From Diplonema japonicum (Eukaryota; Protista; Euglenozoa: Diplonemea), in the NCBI GenBank assembly GCA_964019335.1, contig OZ025681.1, forward strand, positions 496,001 to 560,000: a stretch of DNA of 64,000 nt. Reading direction: 5' to 3'. The position numbers and the translations under genes were made by a program. The notes under the pieces were generated by a model, which saw only the letters and a list, made by a program, of their open reading frames with translations, was not told the DNA's origin and did not search any database. Below are positions 20,371 through 31,918 of this stretch, piece by piece (position 1 is the first letter of the stretch; each line of letters starts with the position of its first letter).

Positions 20371-23300
20371 CTATTGTAGATAAGAAGGAATCGGGCACTC
20401 CCCATCACGAAGGGGGACGCCAGCTGCCGTGTTTGAGTTCTTTGTCCTTGAGGCCGCAACTGCCGCACGCGGCCACCGAAGGAACCCCATGTCGACCCCA
20501 CCAGCCCTGGAGTTGAAGGCGGTATAAACTAAAGTGCAGTTCCTAGCTGCCGTTTCGAAAGTAAATCCCGAGCACTGCCCTGTCTTTTCGTCAAGGTTGA
20601 AGCACAGCTCGCAGCACTGGTGCGCAGAATCTGCAGCAACAACAAGGCCCTCACCCCCAATATCTTGTTCCGCGCTGTAGGCCCAGCCATCTTCCACGAA
20701 GCAGGACCTCGAGCCACGCTTGTCCTTCAAATCGATGAAGCTGCTGTTCACTGCGACGTTCAACCTCTCACGCAATGCCCGGACAAACCTGAGGACCCCC
20801 GTCCCTATGACACTACGAGCGTCAACTTCGGAGAACACCTCTTGTCTCCCCCCATCCTGCAGTCTTTTTAGCATCTTCGTGTCCCACGTGTTCTTCGCTT
20901 GTGTGCCGTAGTAATTCACCCCAAACCCTGCCGAGCAGCATGCTTTCCCGGGCATTTGCGGGAGTTGCTCTCCGCCGCTGCTTTGAGCCCACCCCCTGCA
21001 CCCTTCTGAGTCTGACGTTATACTTCTCTCCGTGCACTCTGACGATTTATACGGTGTGGCCTCCTTCGATGAAAAACTTGTGTTAACAGGTTCGTGCCTG
21101 TCCCCCACGTGCTCCCGTGTTACGCACTGTGTGTTGTAAAGCATGGTAGTACGCCTGCACCCTGCACACGGTGCGAACTGCTCCGTGCATGCTGCGCTGT
21201 GATCGGTGCAGTCGCCGCCGCTGGAGAGGAAGTTCTCCGTCATAAGGCCGGGGGGCATCTCGTAGTGTCCTGAGGTTCCGAACCGTTCCCAGCGCAGCCA
21301 TTGGAAGGCGTCGTGAGGGTCGCAGTTGTGTTCCAAATGGTGTCCCAGATCGCACGACATGGTGGGGAAGATGAACTCATCGGTGTCGGCAAAGATCCAC
21401 CAATCCACGTACGGTGTCACATAGTCATGGCACAGCTTGAGGTTGGCGCAATCTTCTGGGGATGCGGCACCTTCACACTCGTGCTGGGGAACCTTCGGGA
21501 TGATGGTGACAAACCCCTTCGACTGGTAGTCCTCGAGGATGGTTTGAGATTCGCCCTCAGCGTTGAGCACCCACACGTGGTCGATCCCGGCAAGGAGCTG
21601 GAGTTCGAGCCATTCGTGGAGCCCTTTTGCGGAGGTTACTGCCGAGCCGCAGACAGCAAGGTACCAGTGGTGTGCGGGAGTCAACAGGGAATGTGTTGTG
21701 GGGTTGGGGTTGGCCGTGTGCTTCTGTATGATAGGCGTGCGGCCTACGCGGTGGCGGGGAATGAGCTGGGTCTTCACCTCTGGAATCGGTACTGCTGCCC
21801 GCTTGTCCCCACCACGGCTTGTCATACCAGGAGAGCTCAGCTGAGGTGGCAAAGGACATTCACCATCATGCAGCACAAGGCCAGAGACGTAACCCTCTTC
21901 CTTCGTACGTGAGATGGGGACAGCGCTGTGCGGCCACCTCAACACATTCAAAGGCTCAGCATCGATGTGTGAAATGTAAGGACCGTAGAATAACAGACAT
22001 GTGCTGGTGTCCTTTTTAAAAGTCCACGCAGAGCAGCGCCCTTTGCGGCCCGTGCGCAGCGTCCAGCATTTCGAGCAGCATGCCTCCAGCGTTCTTTTGT
22101 TGCTGAGGATTTGGAAGCTCCCCAACGCCTTGTTGGTGTGGTATCGCCAGCCATCTTCCACGAAGCAGGCACGGCCGGGTGCGGTGTCTATGAAGGAAAC
22201 GTTTTGTGACACAGGCACTCCAAGGAGCGAAAAGCGCTTGCGAAGCGCACGGGTGAACCGCAGGACGCTTGTACTGATGACGCTCTTCATCTCCACCAGA
22301 CCGAAATCGGCTTTGAACCCGCGTCGGGTGCTTGTCGCCAGCTTCTCATCCCATTTCGACTTCGACTTTGTCCCATAATGGTTGTACCCGAACCCTGCAG
22401 AGCAGCAGTCTCTTGATGCGATGGGGGGGAACCGCGAGCCGCCCCCATGCTGTGCCCAGTCACGGCAGGCGGAGGAGTCCTTCCATATGTCACGCTCCTT
22501 GCATATCGGCGACTTGTAAATACTTTCATCGTGGTCCTGCATAGGAAGGTACTTGTCGCGGATGTCATCATGTTCGCCTCTGTAACGATGTTGCCGCTTC
22601 CAGAAGCTGGTGTTGACCGGCTCGTGGATCCAGCCGACATGGTCGCGGGTGACGCATTGGGAGTTGTAGAGCACCTTTGTGTGCCGGCATTCCATGCACA
22701 TCACGAACTGTGTCTTGCACTCGATTCCGTTGTAGTTGTGGTCGGTGCAGTCGCCGCCGCTGGAGAGGAAGTTCTCCGTCATAAGGCCGGGGGGCATCTC
22801 GTAGTGTCCTGAGGTTCCGAACCGTTCCCAGCGCAGCCATTGGAAGGCGTCGTGAGGGTCGCAGTTGTGTTCCAAATGGTGTCCCAGATCGCACGACATG
22901 GTGGGGAAGATGAACTCATCGGTGTCGGCAAAGATCCACCAATCCACGTACGGTGTCACATAGTCATGGCACAGCTTCGGGGTGATACAATCAGCAGCAA
23001 CCCACATGTTATCACACCCAGGGAATGGTGGTTCAGGGTGTTTCTCGGGTATGATGGTGACGAAGCCGCGTTGCTGGTACTCTTCAAGGATGACTTTTGT
23101 CATGGTGTCCTTCCCTCGCTTGTTGTCATTGAGGAGCCACACGTGGTCCACGCCGGAGATAAGTTGCAGTTCTAGCCATTCTCGAAGCCATTCTGATGAG
23201 GAAGCGGTGGAACCGCAGACCCCAAGAAACCAATGGTGCTTTTTAGGATCTAGTTGCGTGCTTTTTGTGCTTGTTGGGTCTTCTTCTTCTGCAGGCTTGG

Positions 23301-23493
23301 TGTCGGGTTCTTTTTTGTGTTCGGAAGGGATCGTAGGTTGTTCTTGTTGCACTTCAGTCCGGTAGACTATCCTGATGTGTTCTTCTTTCGGTACTGGGGC
23401 CACCATTATGCCCAGCACGAACACAGCTACCAAGCCCAACACGTAGCCTATGAACCCCAGGGATGTGATCCTTTTGCCAGCTCTGCGCAACAT
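20371..23493 (-). CDS. Type II membrane glycosyltransferase with tandem [GT92/GT2-like + PAN/Apple] x2, 1040 aa
   Basis: N-terminal anchor; EWLELQL..GVDH and WIFADTDEFIFP (DxD) occur twice; CC..C...C..WTF PAN motifs occur twice. Confidence 0.85.
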   Translation of the reverse strand: MLRRAGKRITSLGFIGYVLGLVAVFVLGIMVAPVPKEEHIRIVYRTEVQQEQPTIPSEHKKEPDTKPAEEEDPTSTKSTQLDPKKHHWFLGVCGSTASSSEWLREWLELQLISGVDHVWLLNDNKRGKDTMTKVILEEYQQRGFVTIIPEKHPEPPFPGCDNMWVAADCITPKLCHDYVTPYVDWWIFADTDEFIFPTMSCDLGHHLEHNCDPHDAFQWLRWERFGTSGHYEMPPGLMTENFLSSGGDCTDHNYNGIECKTQFVMCMECRHTKVLYNSQCVTRDHVGWIHEPVNTSFWKRQHRYRGEHDDIRDKYLPMQDHDESIYKSPICKERDIWKDSSACRDWAQHGGGSRFPPIASRDCCSAGFGYNHYGTKSKSKWDEKLATSTRRGFKADFGLVEMKSVISTSVLRFTRALRKRFSLLGVPVSQNVSFIDTAPGRACFVEDGWRYHTNKALGSFQILSNKRTLEACCSKCWTLRTGRKGRCSAWTFKKDTSTCLLFYGPYISHIDAEPLNVLRWPHSAVPISRTKEEGYVSGLVLHDGECPLPPQLSSPGMTSRGGDKRAAVPIPEVKTQLIPRHRVGRTPIIQKHTANPNPTTHSLLTPAHHWYLAVCGSAVTSAKGLHEWLELQLLAGIDHVWVLNAEGESQTILEDYQSKGFVTIIPKVPQHECEGAASPEDCANLKLCHDYVTPYVDWWIFADTDEFIFPTMSCDLGHHLEHNCDPHDAFQWLRWERFGTSGHYEMPPGLMTENFLSSGGDCTDHSAACTEQFAPCAGCRRTTMLYNTQCVTREHVGDRHEPVNTSFSSKEATPYKSSECTERSITSDSEGCRGWAQSSGGEQLPQMPGKACCSAGFGVNYYGTQAKNTWDTKMLKRLQDGGRQEVFSEVDARSVIGTGVLRFVRALRERLNVAVNSSFIDLKDKRGSRSCFVEDGWAYSAEQDIGGEGLVVAADSAHQCCELCFNLDEKTGQCSGFTFETAARNCTLVYTAFNSRAGGVDMGFLRWPRAAVAASRTKNSNTAAGVPLRDGECPIPSYLQ

Positions 23494-23516
23494 TGGCTCC
23501 TCCTCCCCTTCCCCTC

Positions 23517-23549
<33 letters not shown>

Positions 23550-24165
23550 CCCCTGGTCCCATCTAGTCACCCTTGAACTGCGTGAATTTTGCAAAATACA
23601 CTTGGTAAATAATTTTACTGATTGAAAATCAGATTGGTCTATGTGGTGCTAAATCCCTGCTAAGGGGAACAAAACCCCTCCCAAAATCCAACAATACCTA
23701 GGGGGCGAGAATATAAAAAAAAAAAAAAGGAAGGAAAAAAAAAGGGGGGAGCGGGAGAGAAAAAAAAGAAATAGTGGTATATAAAGGGAGAGGAGGAGTG
23801 GGGGGAAGAAAAAAGAGCTTTTAACTGGCCACCTCCCAGACGTGGCTTGCCAAGAGGGGGAGTTTTTTTAAAGGTTGTTTTTTTTTTTCTCTTTTTTTTT
23901 TCCCCCTTTTTTTCTTCTTATTTGTTATCAGTCTGGTCCGTCGCATTAATGTGGGTTCAGAAAGTTCTGGACATTAAAGGTAGGACAACAGTTCAGCCGA
24001 GAGAAGAAAAAAAGGGGGCGGGAAGAGGGGAAAAGAAGAAATTAAGAGATAAAGGAGGCCAGTCCGCGCAGTGCTGGTGACGCCCTGCGAAAAATAAGCC
24101 TTTTTTTTTTGTTTTGTTCTGTGTGCCTATTGAGTGTTATCTCCCCTCCCCCATTTGGAGAGGGG

Positions 24166-24202
<37 letters not shown>

Positions 24203-25674
24203 CGGTGCTTAAGGGCAAATCCTACTTGGGAGAACCCCTAAAAAAAAAACCATAAAGAAGAACTAAGCTACGAGGGGGCGTGACAGAGGGGTGAAGAAGG
24301 AGAACGAAGAAAAAAAAAAAGAAAACCGAAACATAGGGGAGGGGAAAGGGATTGGGGGGGGGCTACTTACTACGAAATTCTCATTTGAAAGCAAGAAATT
24401 TTCTTTTTTTTTTTTTATTTCTCATTCTTTTTTTTTTTAAACGCGTCACGTCTCTAAACCCGTTTTTTACAAAGTGAGATTCTTGAATTTGTTTATCTTA
24501 ATGCCAACCGGTGGCCAGGTCTTTTGCAAGATTTCTCAAGAACTTTGCTGCGTAACGGGTCGGGATGCGGAGCGTTGAAAATCTTCTGAGTGATGCTTCA
24601 TGAGCCCATGAAAGCTTCATTTCTTTGTCGCATGAACATTATTTTACCTAATAAAATAGCTCATTACGCTGCCATCAACTAGTTTTTAGTCTCGACAATA
24701 ATATTGCCAAACACAAAAAAAAAAGGTAACTTATTGGGGGGGAGGGATTTTTGGGATCAAAAGCAGGGCGATTTAAAATGTCAGGCGTGCAAATGGGATA
24801 GGGGGAGTAGTTTTCTTCTTTTCCCCCCCTTTTTCTTTTTTCTTCTTTTTTCGTCCCCCCCCCCTAGTATACTTCTACTCCAAAAGAGGATGTTTATAGA
24901 ACACCATTTTTACATTTTTTTTTTTTAATAGGAGTTAAGTTTTGTGTGTTTGAAAAAACTTTCTCTTTTTCTTTTTTCGGGGGGGTTCTTTTCTCTTTTT
25001 TTTGGTGTTGTTCTCTTTTCTTATTTCTTTTTTTTTATATCCCGGAGGTAAACGTGCGACAAGCAGCTAGCAACGTAAACATCTCTTTTTTTTTTTTTGT
25101 GTTGAAACATTTTCCAGCCAAAAAAAAAAAAAAAAAGGTTTTCTCATTTGGCGGAGGAAGATAAGAAAGGGGGGGGGAAATAAAAGAGAAGAAAAAAAAA
25201 AGGGGAAAAAAAAAAAAAAACTATTCTGGCGTTTATTGTTCGTGCGGCACCAGCACCTTTACTGTGTTTTCTTTTTCCTTTTTTTGTTGCCAACGATAGT
25301 TGTTATGATGGGGGGGGGGTGGGGGGGGCACGAGGGTTTTGATGATGGTATACTTCGCACAACAAAAATAGATCAAAATCGGTTGAGGGAAAAAGGGGGG
25401 AAAAAAAAGTACTTAAAGGGGCAATAAAAGGGGCACAGAGAACGTGAAGACGCATCTAAGCTACTCAAACGCTCAAGGAGGGACAAAAAACCCAGGGTAA
25501 GGAAAAAGGGTAACGTTGTGGAGGGGGGGGGGGGGGGGGGAATTTTCTAAAGAGAAAGTAAAACTGTTGGCTTAAGTAGTATTTTTCTTTTTTTTTTTTT
25601 TTTTCCACGGCCAGAGTTAGCCTCTCTAAGAAGGCACCATTCTATTCTTTCTCTTTTTTTTTTTTATATCACTC

Positions 25675-25882
25675 CAGTCAGATTTTCAATTGTGGGAGTG
25701 AATATTATATTTCACTTTTATTTTCACAGGAAGCGTGAATATAAAGTACTTTACATTCACGCTGCCCTATTTGCACTGCACAACAAGGGTTCGGGGGCGC
25801 AAGCACGGAAAAGAAATCATCCAAATGGTTACCATATAGGCCCCCCCTTGTCTTGGAAACCCACACTTTCAAAATCTGACTG
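25675..25882. mobile_element. MITE-like element with CAGTCAGATTTT TIRs
   Basis: CAGTCAGATTTTCAATTGTGGG / CCCACACTTTCAAAATCTGACTG; internal ~32-bp near-perfect palindrome at ~25732-25763. Confidence 0.55.
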
Positions 25883-25912
25883 ACGTTAAATAAAAACAAC
25901 GGATTTAGTGGG

Positions 25913-25944
<32 letters not shown>

Positions 25945-26623
25945 GATCCGATTTTTCACTTGTGGTGGCATGTTTCAACTCGTCGACGCTTTCTTCACTC
26001 GCTTCGCTCGTGAAGTAAACATTCATGACTACTTCATATACTCACTCGTTAAAACACTGCTACCGCGAGAAAATAATTCGACCAATTTTTTTTCACTAAA
26101 CCCGATAAATAGTTGTTTGAAAATGGTAATTGAGGCAGGGGTAAGGGACAAAAGCACACCTCCTACTTTGAGTGCAAATCAATCACACACATCAAAAAAG
26201 TTTTTTTTTCCGAGGGGGGGAGGCAGGCAGCAATTTTTTTGTTATCTTATTTATCGTTTTTTTTTTTTTTTTTTTTTGATTTTGCCTCTCTACACATTGT
26301 TTATCAGCAGACATAGGTGGTCCAGCATTTAAACATAGGGTAGTAGCGAAAGGAATGGAAGAAAATGGGCTAACCCACTCCCCCCTTCGGACCTTTCTCT
26401 TTTTTTTTTTTTTTTTATATTTATTCTCATTCATGCCGTGGAGGGTACGAGACGATAAAAAAAGTTGATTTAAAAAAATCTTCTTATCCCGTTGGTGGGT
26501 GTTTTCTCCTCTTTCTTTTTTTTTTTTTGTTCTTTTCTTTTTTTTTTTTTAGAATATCAGGGCATTGTGGGGGGGGAGGGGTGGTTTTTTTTTTTTTTTT
26601 TTTTTCCTTTGTCTCAAAAAAAA

Positions 26624-26749
26624 GAGTCGGTTGATGGTTGTTTGTGCACAGCCGGGATTAACCTGTAGAAGGATAAGCCCAACAATGCCACCACTACTCT
26701 TTTTAGCAATAACAATTCATTATCAATATATTGTTTTTCCTGTTCTTGC
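26624..26749 (-). repeat. Short interspersed repeat family C, copy 1
   Basis: 126 bp, 2 differences from 48114-48239. Confidence 0.8.
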
Positions 26750-27340
26750 AAAAAAAAAAGAAAAGAAAGAAAGAAAGAAAAAGAAAGAGGTTACAGAAAA
26801 ACAGAAAGTTACAAACTAAAAAGAAACTCGCGTGGAGCTAAAGTTTTTTTTTTTTTTTTCTCTTTATTATTTTACTATCATTAACGATTCAACTTTCTTT
26901 TTCTGCAGAAACCTACAACTTGCCTACCCAGTGTGAGCCCTGTTTGTATTTCTTTTTCCATCCTTCGGAGCTCGAAGGTGGATAAGCTACTTAAATAAAT
27001 AGCCTTTTTTTTTTTCCTTTCTTTCTTTATTTCTTTCGTTTTTTTTGTTTTTGTTCCCTGACACTTGTGCCTCCACATAACAGGAGGTATAATAGTGCCA
27101 CAAGCACGAAGGCCTTTACAGGCAAGGAGAAGGGGCGGGAGGGAGAGATGGAGAGAATAAAGGGAGTGGGTTAAGTATTTAAAAAAAAAAAAAAGAAGAA
27201 GAAGAAGAAGAAGAAGAACTCATTGGGTAATCAGGAGAAAAGAAAAAGCATTTTTTTTTTTGTTTCTTCGTTCCTTCTCGATACACTTTTGTTTTCCAGT
27301 ACCTTTCCAGTTATTACATAAAAGCAATTTTTTGCTTCGC

Positions 27341-27380
<40 letters not shown>

Positions 27381-27731
27381 AGAAAAATCAAATAAAATCC
27401 GATAAAAAAAATAATTAAAAAAAAAAATCTTCAAATAAAGTACAGTGCAGTTGGTGAGTGCCTATCGCACTTTTTTTCTTCTTCATTTCTTTCTTTTTCG
27501 GTCAGCTTTCACGCCTCTTAAAGAACGCTGCTTCCTCAGCTGGTTCGCTGCAGAACTAAGCCCCTTGGAGGGATGGGTGTTACAAGGTGGGATTCTTCTT
27601 TTTTTTTTCTTCCAAAATTTTTTATCCCTTTTTTTTTTTTTTTTTTTCCATTCTATCTTTATCCCACGCATACCCGAGTCATTTTTACAAAAAAAAGGGG
27701 GGCTTTTAATATCTGGCCGTCCCAGCCTACT

Positions 27732-27790
<59 letters not shown>

Positions 27791-27894
27791 AGGGGTAAAT
27801 TTAGTCGTACGGGGGGAAAAAAAAAGAGAGGTGGGAAAAAGAGGGGAAAAAAAAAAAAGAAGAAAAAAAAAAAAAAAAAGAGAAACGCCTCTTT

Positions 27895-27933
27895 TTTGAA
27901 CGGGAACCTGCACGCATGCGACAGGATCGCCTA
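27895..27933 (-). repeat. Isolated 3' tail of the LINE (also 48258-48295)
   Basis: TAGGCGATCCTGTCGCATGCGTGCAGGTTCCC matches the LINE 3' UTR at 41074-41104. Confidence 0.65.
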
Positions 27934-28161
27934 GAAAAAAAAGAAAAAAAAGAGGAACTGGCCGTTGTAACGTGCCGGAAGAGGGGAGGGGGAGGGTAAA
28001 AAAAGGGGTTTGTATTTGAATGTGTTTGTTACTTTTTTTTTTTTTTTTTTTTCTGCTTCTTCTGGGAAGGGCGGGAGAATGGGGGGGGGGAAAAAAAGAG
28101 AGAAAAAAGAAATTGTTTGTATTTTTTTTTTTTTGTGCATTACATATCAGACTTGGAGTCC

Positions 28162-28192
<31 letters not shown>

Positions 28193-28193
<1 letters not shown>

Positions 28194-28786
28194 CAAACTT
28201 CACAATCTTCGAAGTCAGACACGGGGCTCATATCCCCGATAGGTTCGTTGCCCTGAGTTTCAATTTCATCAAAAGCATTAGGACGCCAATGTGGGCTGCT
28301 GACATTGCTCCTGGGAGTATGAGGTGAAGGGGGCCTTGAGTGTGGCGCCCCATAGGGATATTTCGTTGGGGAGCTTGGGTGAATAGGATTGGCTTCAAGC
28401 GGAGGATAAAATGAAGTTTCCTGACCTCTGGTCAAGTCCCTCTTTTGATCCTCGGTGTCTTCTTCACATAAAGTACTTTGGATCTCTTTAGCTTTATCCC
28501 TCCTTACTTCCAGCGAAGTTTTCTTTTTGCACCCAAACCTCACCACCAGCACTGCTATAATGCATAGGATAAGGACAAAGCCAATAATTAAACCACCAAT
28601 GACTGTGCTGTTGATCCCCTTGTCGTAGTCCTCTGTCACCAGCGCGCACGAGTGCTTGACGTTCCCGTAAATATCTTCGGTGAAAGGCTGGTAACCTTTG
28701 ACACATTCGAGGGGAAAACAGAGACCGTTCTTCGTCGTGGTCCTTACTGCATTTAACAGTTCGCATGGGGTGAGAGTGGACACCAT
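28193..28786 (-). CDS. Single-pass membrane protein, N-terminally truncated paralog of the 31919 gene, 197 aa
   Basis: CELLNAVR..CFPLECVKGY..YG..KHSCAL aligns with CEISNAVR..CRPLECHKGY..YG..QHSCAL; TM segment; similar GNEP...MSPV tail. Confidence 0.75.
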
Positions 28787-30382
28787 TTCTTTTTTTTTTT
28801 TTTTGGCTGGGAACTGTATTTTTTTTTTTTTCCCCCCCACAAGCGTGACATATTGAAAAAAAAAAAAAAAAAAAAAAAAAACTGAAAAAGAAAAAGAGGG
28901 AGGAATAGGAGGGGAAAAAAAAAAAAAAAAAAAAGACGGGCTTTTTTTTTTGTTTCCTTTTTTTTTTTTTTTTTTTTCTTTTTTGTTCCTTTTTCCCTAG
29001 ATAACTTACAAAACTACGAATACAAAAAAAAACAAAAAAAATTAAGGGGAGGAGCTCTTAAATATTCGAAGGGGAAAAAAAAAAGAAAAAAAAAGAATCC
29101 CCCCCCCACGTGCCTCGGGCCTTTCATTGAAAGTTTGTTGAGAGCACGATGGGGAAGGGTATCTTCTTTTTTTTTTTTTTCCCCCCACGTGCGTGCTCTC
29201 CTAAGGAAAGAGAGGGGAATCTCACTTTGTACCGTCGCTCAATCTTTTTTTTTTCTTTCTTCATTAAGCTTCTTGTCACTTCTTCCTCCTCCCTCCCCCT
29301 AAAAAAACTACGTTAAAATATAATAAATGTAATAAAGAAAAAAAAAAAAGAGAATTCACTATGATGAGCATCCATATCATTATTTTTATAGGGAAACAAT
29401 CGCTTTCGGTAAGCAGGAAAAAAAAAAAAAAAAAAACAAAAATAAAAAGGAGGAAAAAAAAAGCTTTTTTACCCAAAGCCTATGAGCAGAATCATTCTTG
29501 TTTGAAATCAACTGTGGATGGTGGAAAAGCGATGGTCCTTTCTTTTCCTCGTTTTCTTTTTCTTTTTTTTTCCCCCGGTCGCCGTGATATTGTGTTTTTT
29601 TTTTTTTTTTTTTTTCCCCTTTTCTTTTTTAAAGATGTGAAAGCGGAAAGAAAGAAAGAAAGAAAATAGATGAAAGCAGCTGATGAGGTCAGGTGGTAAA
29701 AAAAAAAAAAAATAAAAAGAAAAAAAAAAAAGCAACAATACGTATACATTACAAAAAAAAAAAAAGAAAAAAAAAAAAGAAAGAAAAAAAGCGGCCAGTA
29801 CTCCGCTTTTATGTCATAAACTAATTTGAAAGAAGACAAACAAAAAAGTTCATGGCAAAACTCTCGAACTGGCCGCATACTAAATAAGTGATCAAAGGTG
29901 CAATGAAGTCCCTTTACTCTTCTGGGGGGAAGCAGCGGAAAGAAAGGCGAGTGGGTTTGCCTTCCCTTTTTTTTTAAAAATCTTTAGGGTGGGGGGAGGG
30001 ATCGGGGGGGGGGGGGAGAAAATATCACTATCCCACAACCTTTAGACCGGCATTTTTTTTTTTAAATTTTTCTTTTTGAGCCTATTTTCTTCGAGATCTT
30101 GTTTAAAGGCTATCGAGAAGGGGCTTGCTGTTTTCCGCTTCCGCAAATACTTCTCTCAGAGCTGTGGTAAACACAAGCCCCCGGTGATGTGCCCTAAAAC
30201 ATTTTTCACGAAACACTGCACCAACAAGTGGTGGCAAAAGAATTTTAAACAAAAAAAAAAGAGAGAAAAACAATAAGAAAGAAAATGTATAAAAATTCAG
30301 GCTAAAAAAAAAAAAAAAAAAAAAGGTACCGGGCTAACAGGAAAATCTACCCCCTTTCGTCTTTGTTTTTTTTTTTTCATTG

Positions 30383-30423
<41 letters not shown>

Positions 30424-30973
30424 TAATAGGCTCTTAACTGAGTAGTACTTGTTAACTACAAAAAAAAAAAAGAGAGAAAAGGGGGGGGAAAGATGAGTTG
30501 TACGTGCAGGGAAGAAAACCTCAGGAAGTTTATATTGATAACCCGATAAGCACGCTGCCAACATTCCCCCTTTTGTTTGACAAGTCAAAGACTTGTTCTT
30601 GCGACAAAAAAAAAAAAAAAAGAAAGAGTAGCAAACACAAAAGGGAATAAAAGGGAGGGAATAGACTTTTAGAAGGAGTGATTTTTTTGGAGGAGTGAAA
30701 AAAAAAAGTTTTTTTTTTTGTACAAAAGGTCAAACTAACATAACGCTGCAACCTTGTGCATATTATATACTTTTAAAAAAAAAAAGTTGTTAAGAGAAAA
30801 ACCCAACTATCAGGAAACATTTTTTTCTTTCTGAAGTGATAAAAAAAAAGGGGGGGGGGAAGGGGAGGAGGGGGAGAAAGAAACTACGTCCTGATCTTTG
30901 CCCGAGCATTTGAGAGGGGTACTTTTTTTTTTTTTTTTCTCTTTTTTTTGAGAAATAAAATAATTTGAGGAGA

Positions 30974-31012
<39 letters not shown>

Positions 31013-31354
31013 GGAGCCGTGTGGGCCACTATCATTTCAAGTGGTCCATAACAATTTTCGAAGGTAAGGCCCTTGCAGGGCAGAAAATGGGGCCGGGAGA
31101 GATTAAGAGGACAACTAAAAGAGAAGAACAAAGAAAAAGGCTATGTTTCAAACCGACACGAGAACCAAGAATAGAAAATATGAGCAGGAGGTCTTTGTGA
31201 GACGCTCAACTTTCCCTGACATTCTTTTTTTTCGATAAACTTGAAAAGCGGAAACTAAAAAATTGGCAAAAAGAGGAAGTGGCCGTTGTTTGTACGTGCC
31301 GGGTATATAACCCGAGAGGTTATATGCCAACATTCCACTTTAGTTTTGTTAGAC

Positions 31355-31394
<40 letters not shown>

Positions 31395-31841
31395 AGGTCG
31401 CTGGTCCCTATAAGGCCCTCAGGTCCACTGTGCAGAAAGGCTAAAAGAAATCCCCGAACGTCAAAAAAAGAAGAAAAAAGAAAGAAAAAAAAAAAAAAAA
31501 CATTCGAGCCAGAAAGCCGATCAGTTAAGGGTTAGAGTATTTATAGCCCGTTTCGGGTTTACAGCGCAGTTTTTTTTTTTTTTTTTTTTTTTTTTCTTCC
31601 AAATTTTTTTCTTCCGTTTCTTATCAAAAAAACAAAAACAAAACAAAACAAAAACAAAGACCAAAAAAAAAAAAAGAGGGGGGAAAAAAAAAATACAAGA
31701 CAAAAAAAATAAAAAGAAATTTGATAAATTTCAGTGTGCGGGGGTGGGTGCTCACCGAAATTCCCCACAAAAAGAAAAGGATGCTTTTCCTCAACTGATT
31801 CGTTGCATCTAGCAGCCCTTAAAGGGGGATGGAGAAGGATT

Positions 31842-31873
<32 letters not shown>

Positions 31874-31918
31874 TTCGTTCCGATAAAAATAAAACACAAA
31901 AAAAAAAAGGCCTCCCGC

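Noticed and set aside
27434-27445. 12-nt match to the SL core (CTGTACTTTATT)
   Set aside because: Too short and AT-rich to separate from chance
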